A stretch of DNA of 51,347 nt from an uncultured Alistipes sp. Lineage in GTDB: Bacteria; Bacteroidota; Bacteroidia; Bacteroidales; Rikenellaceae. The DNA is taken from the NCBI GenBank assembly GCA_949296635.1, contig CASFQF010000001.1:1-51347 (forward strand). Reading direction: 5' to 3'. Of the stretch, positions 48,822 through 51,347 are shown piece after piece (within the stretch, counting starts at the first letter, position 1; the number at the start of each line of letters is the position of its first letter). The notes under the pieces are model-generated. The model worked only from the letters and a program-made list of their open reading frames with translations, had not been told where the DNA came from and ran no database searches. Both the position numbers and the translations under genes were made by a program.

Positions 48822-49748
48822 ATGCTCAACGACCTGTTACATATCGTGTGGGACTTCGATCCGGTGATGTTCTCCATCGGATCGTTCGACATACGCTATT
48901 ACGGCCTCACGTGGGCCCTGACCATACTTCTCGGCGAGAGGTTTTTCTCGTACTTTGCAAGACGCGAGGGTTTCGGCCCCCAGATCGTAGAGACGGGATT
49001 TATATGGATCACCCTCGGTGCCATCCTCGGCGCCCGCATAGGGCACTGCCTCTTTTACGAGTTCAGTTATTACATCGCCAAGCCGTGGGCCATCCTCACC
49101 GAGATCCGCAACGGCGGTATGGCGAGCCACGGCGCCGCCATAGGTATGCTTATCGGCATGTGGATCACCGCCCGCAAGTGCCGTATGCCGTATGTGTGGT
49201 GGCTCGACCGTATCATGATCCCCGTCTCCATAGGCGGGGCGCTGGTGCGTCTGGGCAACTTGTGCAATTCGGAGATCGTGGGTTCGGCGACCGACCTGCC
49301 GTGGGGGTTCAAGTTCGTACGGCTCTATCCCTCGCTGCCGGTGGAGCAGATCCCCGTACTGCACCCCGCGCAGTTGTATGAGGCGATATGTTACGTTGTG
49401 ACCTTTGCGGTGCTGTTGTGGCTCTACCGCCGCCGCGACGAGGGCCGGCGCCATGCCGGCATGCTGTTCGGGGTGGGATTGATAGGCATTTTCCTCACGC
49501 GGTTCCTCATCGAGTTCATAAAGGCCGATCAGGAGGCTTTCGAGCAGGGTATGGCACTCAATATGGGACAATTGCTCAGCATACCCTTCATCCTGCTGGG
49601 CGTGTGGATGATATGGCGCAGCCGTCAGGGGATGTTCGCCGTGGCGGTGCCTCCGACTGAAAGGGCCCGTGTGCCGCACGGCGCGGCTGCGGCGGGTGCA
49701 GGCGGCGAAGGTGTGTCGAAAAAGAAAAAAAGCAAGAAAAAATGGTAG
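48822..49748 (+). CDS. lgt: Prolipoprotein diacylglyceryl transferase
   Basis: [35 protein letters not shown] and HPAQLYEA motifs. Confidence 0.95.
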   Translation: MLNDLLHIVWDFDPVMFSIGSFDIRYYGLTWALTILLGERFFSYFARREGFGPQIVETGFIWITLGAILGARIGHCLFYEFSYYIAKPWAILTEIRNGGMASHGAAIGMLIGMWITARKCRMPYVWWLDRIMIPVSIGGALVRLGNLCNSEIVGSATDLPWGFKFVRLYPSLPVEQIPVLHPAQLYEAICYVVTFAVLLWLYRRRDEGRRHAGMLFGVGLIGIFLTRFLIEFIKADQEAFEQGMALNMGQLLSIPFILLGVWMIWRSRQGMFAVAVPPTERARVPHGAAAAGAGGEGVSKKKKSKKKW

Positions 49749-50722
49749 AAGAGGTTAACAAGATCATCTATAACATGCTCATCGGCGGCAAGGGTGTCGT
49801 CCTGCCGGGGGTGGGCACGCTCTTCATCGAGCGGCAGGGTGCCAAGCGCATATCGAAGGACCGTCTTTTGAGCCCGCGCAACGCGGTGAACTTCTCTTCG
49901 CAGGCCGAAGGGCGCTCGATCGTGGACGAGATCGTCGCCATCGCTGGCTGCGGCGAGGAGCAGGCACGCGACATATATGACCGCTGGCTGGCGAAGACGT
50001 GCGACGGCAAACGTATAACCATCGGCGGCGTGGGCGTGCTCAACGACAAGAGTTTCTCGCCCGAGCCGGAGTTCAATGCCGCGATCAACCCCGGCGGCGT
50101 GAAGACGCTGGTTGTGCGGCGCCGTTCGAACGCATGGCTTTATACCGTGAGCGGCGTATGCGTTGCGGTCGCTGTCTGCGTGGGCGTATACATGATGTGG
50201 GGCGATGCGCTGTTCGGCGGTGTGAGCATCGTGGGCGGCGACGGTACCAAAATAAGGCTGAAGACCTCCTCCGTTGTCGAGGAGGATGTGGAGCCGACAA
50301 CGGATTCGCTGCCGTCGGCACTCTCTGACGGGGCTGCAGGGACTCTCTCTGCACAGAATTCCGGCGTGGCGGCGACGCAGCCCGCGGCGGAACCCTCTGC
50401 AACGGCACAGCCTGCGGCGGCACAGCCTGCGGCGACACCTGCGGGGAGCACAGCGGCACAACCGCAACCTTCTGCGGCGCAGGCGGGGACGGATTATGCG
50501 TTTTGGGTCGTGTCGGGTGTCTTCTCGACGGAACAGAATGCCGCACGCGCATTGGAGATGGCGGGTAAGAATATCAAGGATATGGAGGGCCGCATTATCC
50601 CGTTCAAGGATAAATACATCGCGGCGCTCTTCGGCAGCGACAACCGTGCCGACTGCAACGCCTTCGCCCGATCGTACAAGGACATATATCCCGATCTGTG
50701 GATATACGAGGTCAAGCGATGA
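49742..50722 (+). CDS. SPOR-domain membrane protein with N-terminal HU-like (CCDC81-type) region
   Basis: V.LPGVGTL and I.GVGVL..F.P HU-like motifs, one TM helix, A/Q/P-rich linker with AQPAA repeats, and C-terminal VVSGVFS..NA...DLWIY. Confidence 0.75.
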   Translation: MVEEVNKIIYNMLIGGKGVVLPGVGTLFIERQGAKRISKDRLLSPRNAVNFSSQAEGRSIVDEIVAIAGCGEEQARDIYDRWLAKTCDGKRITIGGVGVLNDKSFSPEPEFNAAINPGGVKTLVVRRRSNAWLYTVSGVCVAVAVCVGVYMMWGDALFGGVSIVGGDGTKIRLKTSSVVEEDVEPTTDSLPSALSDGAAGTLSAQNSGVAATQPAAEPSATAQPAAAQPAATPAGSTAAQPQPSAAQAGTDYAFWVVSGVFSTEQNAARALEMAGKNIKDMEGRIIPFKDKYIAALFGSDNRADCNAFARSYKDIYPDLWIYEVKR

Positions 50723-51204
50723 GGCCCGCCGACGCGATCATACGTGCGATAGACTTCTTTTATGTCCGGCCGCTGACGCACCTCGTCTCGCGCCGCATGT
50801 TCCGCTATGCCGTGTGCGGCGGTGCGAACATGGCGCTCGACCTCGTGTGGTATTTCCTGATCTACCATTTTATCGTGGCGGGGCGCTATATCGACCTCGG
50901 TGTCGTTGTCGTTTCGCCCCATGTGGCGGCTCTGGCCGTGGTCTTCCCGATAACGTTTTTCACGGGTTTCTGGTTGAACCGCAACGTGGCCTTCTGTGTC
51001 ACGGGGCCGCGCGCGTCGCGTCAGGTGACGCGCTATGCCCTCACGGTGGCGGGGTCGCTGCTGCTGAACTATGTGTGCATAAAACTCTTCGTCGAGGTGT
51101 GCGGCGTATGGCCTACGCCCGCCAAGGCGATGACTACGGCCGTGTGCGTCGCCTACAGCTATCTTGCGGGACGCTATTTCACCTTTGCCGAGCGCAAGGA
51201 CTGA
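50719..51204 (+). CDS. GtrA family (putative lipid-sugar flippase) protein
   Basis: FRYAVCGG, GFWLNRNVAF and SYL..RYFTF motifs. ATGA overlap with the upstream stop. Confidence 0.88.
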   Translation: MRPADAIIRAIDFFYVRPLTHLVSRRMFRYAVCGGANMALDLVWYFLIYHFIVAGRYIDLGVVVVSPHVAALAVVFPITFFTGFWLNRNVAFCVTGPRASRQVTRYALTVAGSLLLNYVCIKLFVEVCGVWPTPAKAMTTAVCVAYSYLAGRYFTFAERKD

Positions 51205-51285
51205 CCTTCCGAAACGTGCGGGGCTTGCTGGCCGCCGCCATGAAAAAGGGTAATGATGCCAAAATTGGTTGGTGGCATATTAGCT

Positions 51286-51327
51286 CAAATGACCAGAATA
51301 GTACAATTCTGGTCATTTGCTTTTCTT
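51286..51327 (+). terminator. Probable terminator after gtrA
   Basis: 14-bp perfect stem CAAATGACCAGAAT/ATTCTGGTCATTTG followed by CTTTTCTT. Confidence 0.65.
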
Positions 51328-51347
51328 AATAATACCATCATTGCTAT

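Noticed and set aside
51240-51347. AT-rich window end as the start of another island
   Set aside because: Only ~100 nt are visible, which is consistent with an ordinary intergenic or terminator region.

Overview
High-GC chromosomal window from a Bacteroidota genome, most likely Rikenellaceae/Alistipes-like. This is inferred from gene content and from repeated TAnnTTTG -7 promoter elements. About 43 genes, mostly housekeeping: nrdD (5'-truncated)/nrdG, U32 RNA hydroxylase, chromate transporter pair, namZ, MFS, prfB with its programmed +1 frameshift, cysS, a DUF2723 glycosyltransferase, queG, acyl-CoA ligase, nadE, pepT, OPT transporter, manC, pssA, porin, lytic transglycosylase, a GGGtGRT/NifU-like pair, ispE, rpiB, typA, aroB, ruvB, tRNA-Arg(CCG), a CI-like regulator, a histidine kinase, lgt, a SPOR protein and gtrA. 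The standout is an AT-rich islet of about 1.8 kb (~34180-35960). In it a consensus promoter drives a ~175-nt leader that folds by eye into two mutually exclusive structures (terminator vs antiterminator). Downstream lie a zinc-ribbon membrane protein and a GIY-YIG/T5orf172 nuclease, making it a candidate attenuator-controlled defence cassette. Other oddities: a codon-usage break inside the adjacent porin, a 74-bp tandem palindromic repeat carrying the likely ruvB promoter, an operator-overlapped orphan promoter with a possible sRNA, a 38-bp VNTR, and two genes broken by 1-nt deletions. All assignments were made by eye; no database searches or folding programs were run.
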